The notes under the pieces: model-generated
What the model was told of the DNA's origin: nothing
Database searches by the model: none
The model's input: the letters and a program-made list of their open reading frames with translations, nothing else
In this document: piece after piece, positions 38,101 through 50,700 of the stretch
How the letters are laid out: each line of letters begins with the position of its first letter
Numbering within the stretch: the stretch's first letter is position 1
From: Azolla caroliniana
Lineage: Eukaryota > Plantae > Polypodiophyta
Reading direction: 5' to 3'
NCBI GenBank assembly: GCA_043228905.1
Contig: JBHGNT010000003.1
Location: forward strand, 744,001-808,000
Length of the DNA: 64,000 bases
Made by a program: the position numbers and the translations under genes

Positions 38101-38636
38101 TGTACAATATTGTCTTGCCTTTTAACCCAAAGGCGACACTAGATGTGGTAGTTAGCATCACATGTTAATTGTGACGTTTAGCATCACATGCTCAATCTTT
38201 TTTTTGTTTTTATAATGGAATGCAACATTAAAGTCATGATAAAAGCTCAATGTTAGCATCATGTTTAAAAAAAAACTGAAAAGGCAAATTCAAAATCCCC
38301 TTTTCATATATTCCATTGGTCAACAATACTCCCAATTGCCATCAATGAAAGAAGTAAGTGCTCCAAGATGTATCTCCGCTCTCTCTCTCTCTCTCATACT
38401 TTACTTTATCTATCTCAATGAAAATATAAGGGTTTAGTTTTAAGCATACATGCATGTGCATACAAACAATACAATGGATGAATATATACAATGCATGAAG
38501 TTAGGGTTAATATATATGCATAAATACATTCATGCATGTAGATTCATGCAACATATGCATATATAGTCATACACATTCATACATAGCTACTAATGTTCAC
38601 ACATTGATCATACCTAATATCATACATACATATATG

Positions 38637-39674
38637 CATAGATTGAAATATTCGCATTCGTGGGGCCTCCCCCACGAATCCCAACGAATGCGTATACGAA
38701 TATTTCTTCTAATATTCGTTAACTTTTTTTTCCCCCTTTTTTTCCCCTAATTTTTTTTTTGGAAAAAATTCAGTCGACGAGTAGCGAACAGAGACTTTCT
38801 GTTTTCTTGCCTTTCTCTCTCGCCTGCTCCCATTGAAGCTCCAATCCTCCTCTGCATCTTCCTGCGCGCAATCTCTTCTTCTTCGCAGTCTACAGAAACA
38901 ACAGATTCAGGTATGCTCTTGCTTCTCCTCTGATTTTCATGCAAGAAATATATGCTCTTTCGTGTAGTTTTGTTCTCTCACGAGAGAGAAGAGAGAGAAT
39001 TTTTTGTTCTCGAATTTGGTTTTCATCGAATTTTTTGTTCTCGAATTTGTTCTAGAATTTCATTTCATAAATCATAATTCGTTCCTTGTAGTCAGATTTT
39101 GTTTATTCTGCATTATGCAACAAAATATAGAAATGAAAAAATCCATGTGCATATGTACTATGAAGAAGTTGCTCTAATAAACAATGCAACCAAAGGAATG
39201 AAGAGTCTCCTTTGCTTGTGCATGTTCCAAAGTGCAGAAAAAACCAAATCAGAGTGCAATGAAAGAACATTGCATTATGGAATAGTTCAAAATGAAGCTC
39301 ATAAGGACATTATGGATGAGCTTGAAGATACGGATGATGAATGTGATAGTGCATAGAGTCTTAAGCATTTCGAAGCATTACTTAGAAGTTAGAAGTTAGA
39401 ACCTAGAATTTAGAAATTACAATATAACGGCTCATAATCGCTTTAATTAAAACTTTTCTTGCTTATGTTAGTGTGATTTTGAAGACCTTCCATTTTTCTA
39501 TAAATTGGTGATTTTTCCTTTTTTTTTTGAGTGAATTGAATAATTTTTATTATATAAATTTATTTTCCATAAACGAATGGTTTTATAATATTCTTGGAGC
39601 AATTTTATATTCTCGAATACTACGAATATTGCGGATGTCGAATACCACGCATATCACGCATGCTTCAATCTATG
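38637..39674. mobile_element. Non-autonomous hAT DNA transposon (internal deletion derivative)
   Basis: TIR CATAGATTGAA (38637-38647) / TTCAATCTATG (39664-39674); 8 bp TSD catatatg (38629-38636, 39675-39682); subterminal ATTCG/CGAAT words; internal leader with a CAG|GTATG donor. Confidence 0.88.
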
Positions 39675-39734
39675 CATATATGTATGCGATCATATGAATA
39701 TAATTGTTAAAACATAAAAATAACATCAGACATG

Positions 39735-41305
39735 AATGTTCAACTACAAGAAGTCTTCTCTTATGATGAAGTGAGAGAAACATTTCAAGCCTTGCCCAAA
39801 CATAGTTGCCTAGGTATCGATGGTCTAACCACAACATTTTTCCTTAAATATTGGGATTTGATCAAAGTGGACTTATGTACAACCTACCAACATTTTTTCT
39901 GATGGTTGTATGCCTTCACATTTTACAGAACCTGACTATTTTATCTTATACCTAAGTTTTAGGATCCTTCACTTGATATCAAATTGACGCCCTACTACAA
40001 TACTCAACATAGTTTATAAAAATTTGTGGAAAATACTTAGTATGAAATACTTCAAATTATGTTACCTACAATTATACATCCAATGTAAGGAAGTTTTGTT
40101 CGTGAATGAAGTATCTTGGATAATGTTTATATATTTTGGGAATCAACTGATATAGTTGCAAAATCCAAGTAGAAGTTGGCAATTGTTATGCTTGATTTTG
40201 AGAAATCTTATGACTATGTTGATTGGGACTTCTTATAAGGTACATTGGCTAAGTTTGGTTCAATCACGAGCAGATTACATGTATTTCCTCATATTGTACA
40301 ACATAAAGCTTGGTTTATTGGTAGAGAACTATGGTTCTTTCTTTATCATCTCACGATCAATTAGACAAAGGTGCGCTTTGGTTCATTTTCTATTCATTCT
40401 CTTTGTTGGGCCAATGACTTCCTTTTTTATTGTTGATGGCATTGGTTTTCAAGGGCAGAATTAATTCAAGGTGCGCTTTGGCTAATTTTCTATTCATTCT
40501 CTTTGTTGAGCCAAGGACTTCCTTTTTTATTGTTGATGGCATTGGTGCAGATTAGGTAATCCCATTTTCAAGGGCAGAATTAAGAGAAGCCGAATTTGTT
40601 GATGATACTTCCTTATACCTGCAGGGTGATTTGGATAATCTACATAAAGTTGAACTATCCCTCTCTATGTTTTGAAAGTCTTTTGGTGCTCTTGTTACTG
40701 GAATAAATCAATGGGAAACACATCCACAATTTCGATGGATTACACGAGGTACCCCAATTTGCTATTTAGGTTGCACAATAAGCATTGTTTTATCGTATTA
40801 GAATCAAGCAACACCCCTCGTAATGATGCTTAGGAAAAATTGTTGGTATGGAGTTTAGGCAAAATTTCTTTTGCAAGTCATATTATAGTTGTAAACCAAG
40901 TATTATCGACAACATGGTATGAACTATAAGTACCATACGTGCATTCGTATTCGAGAATGTTGCAATCATTCGAGTATGGTAAACACCCTCAAAGTATGCT
41001 AAATACCATACTTTTGTATTCATTATAAAATCAATTGTTTTTTAAGGTTAAAAGTGAAAAAAAAACATAAGAATGTTACATACGCATTCGTTTGAATTCC
41101 TATGAAAAAGAATGTTTGCCAATGCATTCGAGTATATTACGTACTGTGATCGGCAACAACAATATATTTATTGTCTTGCTGGATCTTTTCCAAATCATGC
41201 ATTTTGTCAATATGAAGGTTGAGACAAAACTCCTAGTGGTTTGGAAAAGTTGATTCAGGTCATGCTCAATCCAAAGTTAAATGGGATGTAATTACCTTAC
41301 CTCAA
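39735..41305 (+). mobile_element. Degenerate L1-like LINE RT region
   Basis: SCLGIDG, PTTILNIVYK, LDFEKSYD, RQRCAL, EFVDDT, CYLG and VVNQVL motifs with many stops and frameshifts. Confidence 0.88.
40913..41148. mobile_element. hAT-type MITE inserted in the LINE
   Basis: Imperfect TIR catggtatgaactata / tatattacgtactgtg; 8 bp TSD atcgacaa (40905-40912) / atcggcaa (41149-41156); ATTCG subterminal words. Confidence 0.65.
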
Positions 41306-41696
41306 TCGTTTAGGGTTTGGGGTGTAAGGTTTAGGGTTTAGAACTCCTCTATTAGACTATTAGGTGTACCTTGGGTGCAAATAGACACGACCTACACATA
41401 ATCATACATACATACATAGACAGATACATACATACATACATACATACATACATACATACATACATTATTACATACATACATACATACATTATACATATAC
41501 TGTTATACATATGTATATATATATATCATACGTACAATTTTACTACATAGAACTCGGCCAAGCCTTTGCGTGAGCGAGAGCACACTGTCTTTCTCCCTAC
41601 AGAATGCGCGAAGCGACTTTCTCTTTCTTCAGCGATTGAATTTCGTTGCAGTTTCTGTCCTGCCAATCAATCGGATTAGCTCAGATAAGATCTGCG

Positions 41697-41734
41697 ATGG
41701 AGGACGATGCTATGGACATAGAATCTCAAGTCAG

Positions 41735-41779
<45 letters not shown>

Positions 41780-44700
41780 TTTTGCATACGTTTCATTGTG
41801 CCGTCTCTCTCATGCAGTACTTGGAGTTCCGCTAATCACCATAAGCAAAAAGAAAAAATTCATTCTCTTTCCATTTCAGTCGTAGTTTTCTAATTTTTCT
41901 TCTTCTCTAGATTAATACATGAGTTCAATATCCGCACGAGAATTTCGGTAAAACAAATATGTATGCGTGTGTATATATTTTCCATATGTTTTGCTTATAG
42001 ATAATATATATACATTTGAAACTTTCAGTCTGTATATACATTGTAAGCTCATATGTACGTGGGAAAAGTTTGTATATATGGATATACTGCACATATCTTG
42101 CTTTATAGAAATTGTAGTTCATATGCTGATCTCCGTTTGCAATGAAATTCTCTCTTTTCTTCTTTAGATGAATTTACAGGAAGTGGTTTTGGTTGTGCAT
42201 TTGTATGTTCTCAATGGTTTAACACAGAACCTGTGTTAATCTGCAATACATTCCACATGAAAGCTTAATCATTTCTCTTTCATTTTCTCCTTTTGATATA
42301 TTTCTGTCGATGGACAGAGTCATTTTAATGCTAGATTTGACACGTAACATTTAATTAGGATTTGAAGAGATGGTAGTTGATATGCTCTGCAGACGTGAAC
42401 ACTAATCATATCTCTAAAGCATAGAAGCAGCGCATTTTTGTATATTAATTTGCACCTATATTTACTGTTAATTGTGAAGGTTTTGCAATATATCTATTCA
42501 ATGTGATTTACAAAAGCTTAATAATTTCTCTTACCTATTCTTCATTACATGAATGCTCTGAAAATAGGTGCATTTCTGTGTAATCATTTGCAAGAATTTA
42601 CTATTACCTTTGAAGTTTTCGCATAAAGTATACAATTAACAGTAATTTGAGAATTAGTGTAATTTACAAAAGCCGATGTCTCTTTAGCTTCACAGAAAGT
42701 AGGTGTATATCCGTGTTTTGCTTGCTCTAGTGTTAATTTTTCATAGAAATGTTCATCTGCTCTATATATGTGAAATCGAACAGTATTTGTTTCTTTTTTC
42801 TTTATATGACTGCTGTTCATGCATAAGAAATTATTTTGAAATTTCTTTTGTGTTTCTTTGCTAATTGTAGTATAATGAGAAGACTTTACAGAGGTGTAAG
42901 TAAATCTCCTCTAATTTTGCAAAAGTCTTGTTTTCTCCACCTTTTCTGCTTTAGGTTAAAGCACAGAAAGGTGTATGTGTGTGTTTTTTGCTCAATTTAG
43001 CCTTAAATTTGAAGGTCCTAAAGAGGTCGGTACACAATCTCAATATTATTTGTGGAAATTTTGTTTTCTCTTCCTTTTTCCTCCTTCAGAGGATGATGTC
43101 CATGCACAGATATTCATTTCACAGGCATATTAGACGTACATCGTGTTTATGCTTTGCCACATTTAGTGCTACTTTGAAAGAATTACAGGAATCATAGTTA
43201 TAGCTGCTCTACACTTGTAAAAGTGTTTATTTATAGCTACTTTTCTTCTTTACATGATGCTGTCAAGGTTAACTTTGTTATATTTAAGGTGAACTAATTG
43301 CTATACATCTCTATTTTTGGGAAATCTTAATAATTTCACGCCAATTCACAGTGCATTGGATCTACATTTTGTGTGAATGTTACTATATTGAAGTTGAATC
43401 TGATGGTTTCAATAAAGATTTGTGGTAGGATCATAGCTGCTGGATAATTCAGTTCACATCTTCAATCTTGCATGACTTTTATCTGTAGGTTTACATGGCG
43501 TGTATTTTGCAAGGGCACAGGTAATTCACATGTGGTAGAAGAATGCATAATTAGCTTATCTGCATCCTATCAAAGATCTCTAACTTTTAATTTTTAGGTT
43601 GAGAAGTCCAAAATATACATCTTGACTTAGATAAGTTCATAATTGACCTTATTTCATATTCTTAACAGACTTGGTGTTGCATATTACGATTGTTTAAGCC
43701 AGAAACTAGCAGTTTTAGAAGTCTGGGAAGGGGATAATGAATTATTTGGTGTACAAATATGTAAGTTAAATAGTTGAATTAGATCCTTTATGAGGTTAAA
43801 TTTCATATATCTTAATTTCTGGCATTTTTTATTTCGTATGAACAATTTCCCACCTCTCAAATATCATTGTTACAGTGAAGCAGCAAGTACAACCTACTTT
43901 GATATACACAAGCACAAAAATGGAGGAAACATTTTTGGCAGCCCTCAGGAAAAAGGGTATGCGTTTTGTGTGAGAGAGAGGAGGGGGAACTTAAACTCCC
44001 TTATTCCCTGGAAAAGGGAATTTAAGAGAAATATATAGTTGAATATTTTACCCTTGCTATTTCATCAGTATCAGAAGATACCAAAGAGACAACAGTGAAA
44101 ACATTGAGAAGTTCAGTGTTCAGTTATGAACAAGCTTGGCACAGGTCTGTACACAGGACATAATACCTAATTTGATTGTTATCTCCAGATATTCTAAAAA
44201 TAACCAATTTCCGTTACATAATCTTATATATAATGAACCAAGATGGCTAGAATTTATAGAAGGATTGATTGGAATGCTCCAAAAAATCTTGGAGCTGGCA
44301 TTTAGATTGATATTTGTTCAGGTTAATGGGATGGCAGATGATCTTGGTGTGAAGGAAAGAGTTTGGCATGTAAGTTTTAAGAATTGCCTTATTCTATGCA
44401 TGAATAATAGAGAGGGATATTCTTTTACCGTCGGATTGTTAATATGTAAAATATTAATGCTGTTCTGGAACATGATACTGTTCCTTTGCTTTATTAAATA
44501 AATAGTATTTTGTTTTTTCTTGTTTTGTAGTTCTATGATGAACCCTGCATGTAATTTTGTACTGAGCATATCATGCATTTTAAAATAGAAACGAATGACG
44601 AATATACATATAAATAGTAGGGCGTCTTTAAAATCTACTTTTTATATTATGAAATTTTATTTCAAAATATCTTATGGAAATGTACTATGAAACTTAATTA

Positions 44701-47700
44701 TAAAAATATAGTATAAAAATTTAATTAGAACATATAGCATTGAATTAGAAAATTTACTAGGAAAATTAAATTAAAAAATGTATTATTTGAAAATCAAATT
44801 CAAAACTATGTCACAGCTCAAGTCTATGATGAACTTAGAAAGTGAAATGCAAGTCCGGGCTGCCGGAGGTCTCCTTCAAGTTTTACAAGATGAGATGCTG
44901 ATTGATCCTGTCAAGAATACAGAGTGTGGAGTTACTCTGCTCCAGATACACAATATATCTGAGCATTCTATGTATACACAGCCATTCTTTTATTCAGATA
45001 TAGTTTTCTGAACTCTGTATAGTTCTTAAACTACACTTATTTGTCTGAAATCAAATACAGGGACAAATTTCTTACCTTAGATATGACTTCCTATGGCACA
45101 TTGCAAATCTTTCAAACTGATAAGCATCCAAGCTACATGGGCATTGGCAAAGCGAAAGAAGGGTATGGAAACAAAGCTGGAAGAATGATGCAATTCTCTT
45201 GATATTACAACTTATGACTTGTCAATTCTATGGTTCTACAGATTTTCTTTGTTTGGGATCTTTGCTGATAAGGTATGGGGATTGCACACTTTTGTTTCTG
45301 GAAATGCTCTCCTTTTTGAATAACCAAATTGTCTTTGCTTTGTTAAACTTTGACAGTGCATCACCTTGATGGGTCGCCGTCTATTAAGGTGTGAACTAGA
45401 ATTCATATACTGTTATCTTAAATTTATAGTTTTATTATTAGGTATAAAACATGACACCCATTCCAAACATTATTTAAATCATCAAATGAAAAATTGGAGT
45501 TCTTAATTTTTTCCACACAATGTGGTTGAAGGTAAGCCATATAACATCTAAAGAAAATTAAAATCGATTTAACCTGATGAGTGCTTTTAAATTTGCCTCA
45601 GGACGTGGTTTTTAAGACCGTCATTGGATCTTGATATTCTCAATGATCGGCTTGATTCTGTATCCTATCTCATGTGACATTTGTTCTTCAGCCTGTTTTA
45701 TTACCCTCTTGTTATAGTTATCATCTTTGAGTGGTAAACCTGCAATTGCATAAACGCTGTTCTCTTTAAAGCAAATCTAGATTTCTGTATTCTCAAAGCT
45801 TGATGAGATGGTTATTGCATTGCATCAGTCACTGAAGCATGCCAAAGACATACCAAAATTGTTAAAGGTAATGAATCTAGTCATTCTTTAATCTATGCAA
45901 ACAATTGGAAATTTTTCCCTTCCAATATAGTTGCATTTTCTCATAAAAAAGTGTTTTTTGTATAGTTTAATCAATCAATAAAGCACTTTTGAAACTCTAC
46001 ATAGACCCACTGAGATTCTCTATAGTGGTAAATAGGTGGCCAAAAAAGTATTCCTTGAATTTTCCAGCAAGCTTTGAATAGATTTCTACAGTATACCTTT
46101 CTCAGGAGATTGTGCAATGCTATAGATGTGTCCATTCTTGAATTTGTGAGTATGCAATATTGTCTTGTTGGTGGACAGTCATTACTAGTTGAACTGCCGA
46201 TGTTTTTTCTGTTGGAGATTTTGACTGACTTTTGGAGGTATAATATACCAATTCTGAACTTTCAAATTTTCCTGACAGAGGTTATCCTGTCCTAGCATGA
46301 CATCCACAAGTAATGATTGGCATCAGCTGTCAAAGGTATCATGGGATATGAAAAAGTAATTTCTTTATTATTGGATGAATTGTATAAACATATGCAATGC
46401 ACTTGTTGTATGCAGACTATTAGCTGTTACTTATATCTTTGGGAAATTTTGGAGGTGGGGTCTAGGCTTAATAAACACACAATTCAAGGGTTGCGGATTG
46501 TTGAAAAGGTTGGAATCTAACTTTAGGGTTTCTTTTGCTGTCGATTTAAGGCTGCTCAAATTGATGTTGACCTGAGTCAAATCATCTTTTTAAGCCAGAT
46601 ATTTTGCTAGAATCACACTCTCTTAATTATATAATTAACTCAATAAATACTATTAATTAAATTACCATGCACAATACTAGAGATTTATTTTCTACCAAAC
46701 ATCTATACCCCTAGCTGAGGCCTATCATCTGGGTAGAATGGTGGACACATCACATACTGTGCCCAAGCATGCTACCTCATAACTTGGGTTTCATGTGCAC
46801 AATATATATTTGAAGTGACACATGTTAAAAGCACATCTCAAAATACCATTGCATTGCCAATGGAATTACATTTCCACATTGTTTGTGAAACATGTATGTG
46901 CATAGTAATGCTTGAGATTTCATATGCTGTTAAAACCACATCTCAAAATAGCATTGCCTTATGGAATTACATTATAACATTGTTTGTGAAACATGTATCT
47001 GCATAGTCATCCATTTTATGATCCTTCATACAGAATTCATTTATTAACCTTGGCTTTTTAATAAAATTTGAGATATGCCATTAGGTTTGAATGAGAGTAT
47101 TATATGTTTAGAAATCTACGAGTTCGAGAATGAGCTGCGATTGCACTGGGAATGCCAAAATTATTTGTTGCTCATTTTAATTTAAATGTAAAACACCAGA
47201 AAATATTGCTATAATATTTCAGATTATATGGTGAGAAACAAGATGGACATATTTATGAGAATCAAAATGAATTATTTTGCAGTTTATGTCAATGGATATG
47301 GAAGAGCTTGTTTCATTAAATGATCTGGTAATGTGGTAGTCAATTATATTGAATTCTTTATTTTTCTTCGATGTATGTCACTGTCCTAAATTCTTTAATC
47401 GTCCATTTAGTTTTATTGGGGCTTCATATAGCATTGTTTTTTCCCTTAGAAGCGAATATTGCCTAACATTGTTGATGGAAAGAAACAAGAGGTATATTAA
47501 TACGTCTAAGAATTCACACCGAATGATGAATATGATTGAGAATGGTGTCTCATCAATGAGAACTACAACATAGAAGATCTGATAAAAGTCTTTGGTATGG
47601 CTTATTAGACATCTACCCAAACAATGAATATGATTGAGAATGGTGTCTCATCAATGAGAACTACAACATAGATCTGATAAAAATCGTTGGTATGGCTTAT

Positions 47701-50700
47701 TAGACATCTGATCATATGAGACTCTTCACCGTACAATGTCTCAAACATGCAATTGAATGATGGATGGAAATTATAAAGAACTCGAGAATATAGTCCATAT
47801 AGTGGAATAGATTAAGTAAGATATATGTTTGTGGTTGTGTATGTGTGTGTGCATGTATATTAAAGGAGAAAGAAAGAAAGATATATTATATTATATTAAC
47901 GTCTTTTAAGAGGCCAAAATTTCCTATAAGACCAAACACGAGATTACATCTTAATTGTTGTCTCGTCTTTGAGAACAACAAATGAAAATAAATAAATGTT
48001 ACGAATTAAAAAAGGTAAATAAGATAAAAAGAGACTAAAGAAATTCTTGTTATCGATCCATCTAAAATTCTCAAGTCAGATATATTATAATTTTTTACTT
48101 CGAAATATCTAGCATAGGTTGATCCAGAATGGAGAGGTCTCCAAAGTGAGGGAAGCACATGCGGTGGCAGGAGATAATGGCCGTTAACTGTCGATGACAA
48201 TGGTAGTGAGATCGTGGTCCATGGGGCCAGGGCCTATGTGCATGACAAATTGCTATTGCCCGATCTAGTGTAATCCCTTTGTTATGTCTTGGTTGGGAGC
48301 CCATTTCTATAGTCCTTGAGTGACTTGTAGCATGAGGAGTGATGGGGCTAAAGAAAGTTACGATTGTTCTTTGTGGATGAGCTTGTGTGGTTGTATTGTT
48401 GTCCTTCAACATTTTTTCCCTATGTCTCTAGAGTTCTAGCAAGAAAAGTTGCAAGCACCGTTGGTCCGCATATTCCATTACCTTTTGAAGTAGGCCAAAG
48501 CTTTTTATAAAGAGGCAATAGTATCTCCCTCTTAATTCATAAAAAACACCGAAGTAACAAACATAGTGTTCGCCAGATTCCACTCCCTAATGACACAGTT
48601 GGCAAATTCTTTCTTCTAAAGATATTTGTGCATATTTGCCTATCTCAATCTCTAGCTGATGTGATGAAGTTTGTGGCTGCCCTATCACACTGAGCAGTGC
48701 ATAGGATAGATATATGTCCATATAGGATGGCCTGGTGATGAATACATCATCTGATGTGTATAAAAAGTGAATCTTATCGTGGACCATCTTTGTATGAAGT
48801 GAAGTTTTCGGGCTGATCCATGTTATCTTATTTTCCAAGTTAATAATATCAGTTCGTATCACTCTTATTTTTTTCCACTTTGGTCACGTTTAGACGGGGA
48901 CAATCCAAGCTGTATTGAAACAGGGTAGTGCTGTTATGCTTATGCCCGTGATTCAAACCATTGTTGCATTTCAGCATACTAACAATGAAAGTTTCCATGT
49001 TCAGCAAGTTGTCTTGATGACATAAGGCCAACCTTGAGTACCTTCCTTTAGGGAGATCCCAAAACCATTCGATACAAGTCACTGATTGGAATAATGTCTC
49101 AATGATTATTGGAGCTGCTCCCATCTCTGCCCGGTTTATATCATGAGGCACCAATGCTTTGCTCCTTATCATCGCGGGCAGTCAATAAGACTAAAGGTTT
49201 CTCTAAATCTTTCCTGTTATTTGCTTGTTAAGAATTTATCCCCACATTTCTACTCGATATAGAAGAGTCGGTGTCACAAGTGTATCAAATATCCACAGTT
49301 TAGTTCGTGGCTGTTGGAACTAAATGTGTACACATTGTCTTTTGAGAGCACCAAGGGCTGCATATCCATGAGAAAGTTGGGCACAAGCAACCTCCCATAA
49401 GGAGAACCTGCACTGTTATTCCTAGGTATGCGTTAGAAATCAGCTCAATATCACCAGCATATAGTAATATTTGTATAGCTATACCTGCTAGGCATGCACC
49501 TGAACTCCCGTATCTCTTTATGTAATGTGATACCTCATCTATATAAACACTGGAGAGAGTGGGCAATAGTGGGAGATAACACTTCTCCTGACAACCCAAT
49601 TGTGCTAGTCACAACCTCTGACAACACATTGGGAGATCACACTTTTCCTGACATGGATTCATACAGAGCATAGATTCTTCATTTCATATCTACGAGGACA
49701 CCAAGGGCTTCTAGATGCTGCATGAGCCAAACACGCAGTATAATGTTGAAGGTTATTTGAAAATTCACAAAGAAGCAGTAAATCTTCTTTTTATGGGCTC
49801 TGCTCTCCTTGATAAGGGCTCAGAGGGTTAATAAGTGATCCAAAGTTGTGAACTTATTTCAAAAGCCGGCTTTTCTGGCTCAGTGGCAACCCTTCCTCTT
49901 TGCTCATACACTCATTTCTGATTCTAGGATCGAGCCATATAGTTTAGTCAAAGTAATGTCCAATTATGATTGTCATACAATTGCTCAGCATCATTGGGTC
50001 TACACTCTTGAAGTTTGGCACTATGGTATGTATCTGTTCAGCTAGTAGGGAAACTTTCACATATAGCTCTATTAAAGATTGTTGCTAACAGTCGAAGCAA
50101 GATGTCCTGGGCATAGATAAAGTCCTAACTTACCAATCCATCATGAACTTGGTCCTTATCAAATTCTAATCGATCAATGGAGTTTCTTACATTTTGTGGA
50201 GCAAAAAAGGTAGATTCACATGGGAATGAACCATGTGGATGGGAAATTGGGGGCTGCTTGAGTACATCGTATAGTGCCTTTGTATATTCATGGCACACCT
50301 AAGACTAGGTCAGTTGTCTGGTACATTAAACATTTTCCATGCTCTTTTACTCTCGTCTTCTAGGAACAAGGGATACACATGCTTCAAGTCAGCCCAGCCA
50401 ACTATGATCTCTTCTTCCTCCCAAGACGTTAGAAGGTTGGTCTTGTTTGTTTGTATGTAGGAAACATGTTACAAGTGTCTTCTTGTATCACAACATTCCT
50501 CATCATACCAACTACTTTGTGTGAGTAACAAGGTTTGGGTGCTGGTTGTGTGGGGAAATGCATTTGTGGCATTTGACAATCCTTGTGTGACATTTGCTAA
50601 GGGTGCAAAAGAATCCAAGTCTAGCATGCCATTGTATACTCCACAGCTAAATACATCAACTAGTTCTCTCTTTCATGAACTAGAAATTCTCTTTTAACTA

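Noticed and set aside
39099-39356. Intact hAT transposase
   Set aside because: Only a short acidic-tailed fragment with no catalytic motifs; the element is ~1 kb.
44972-45060. MSH5 intron 7 as U12-type
   Set aside because: Donor GTATACAC lacks the CCT core.
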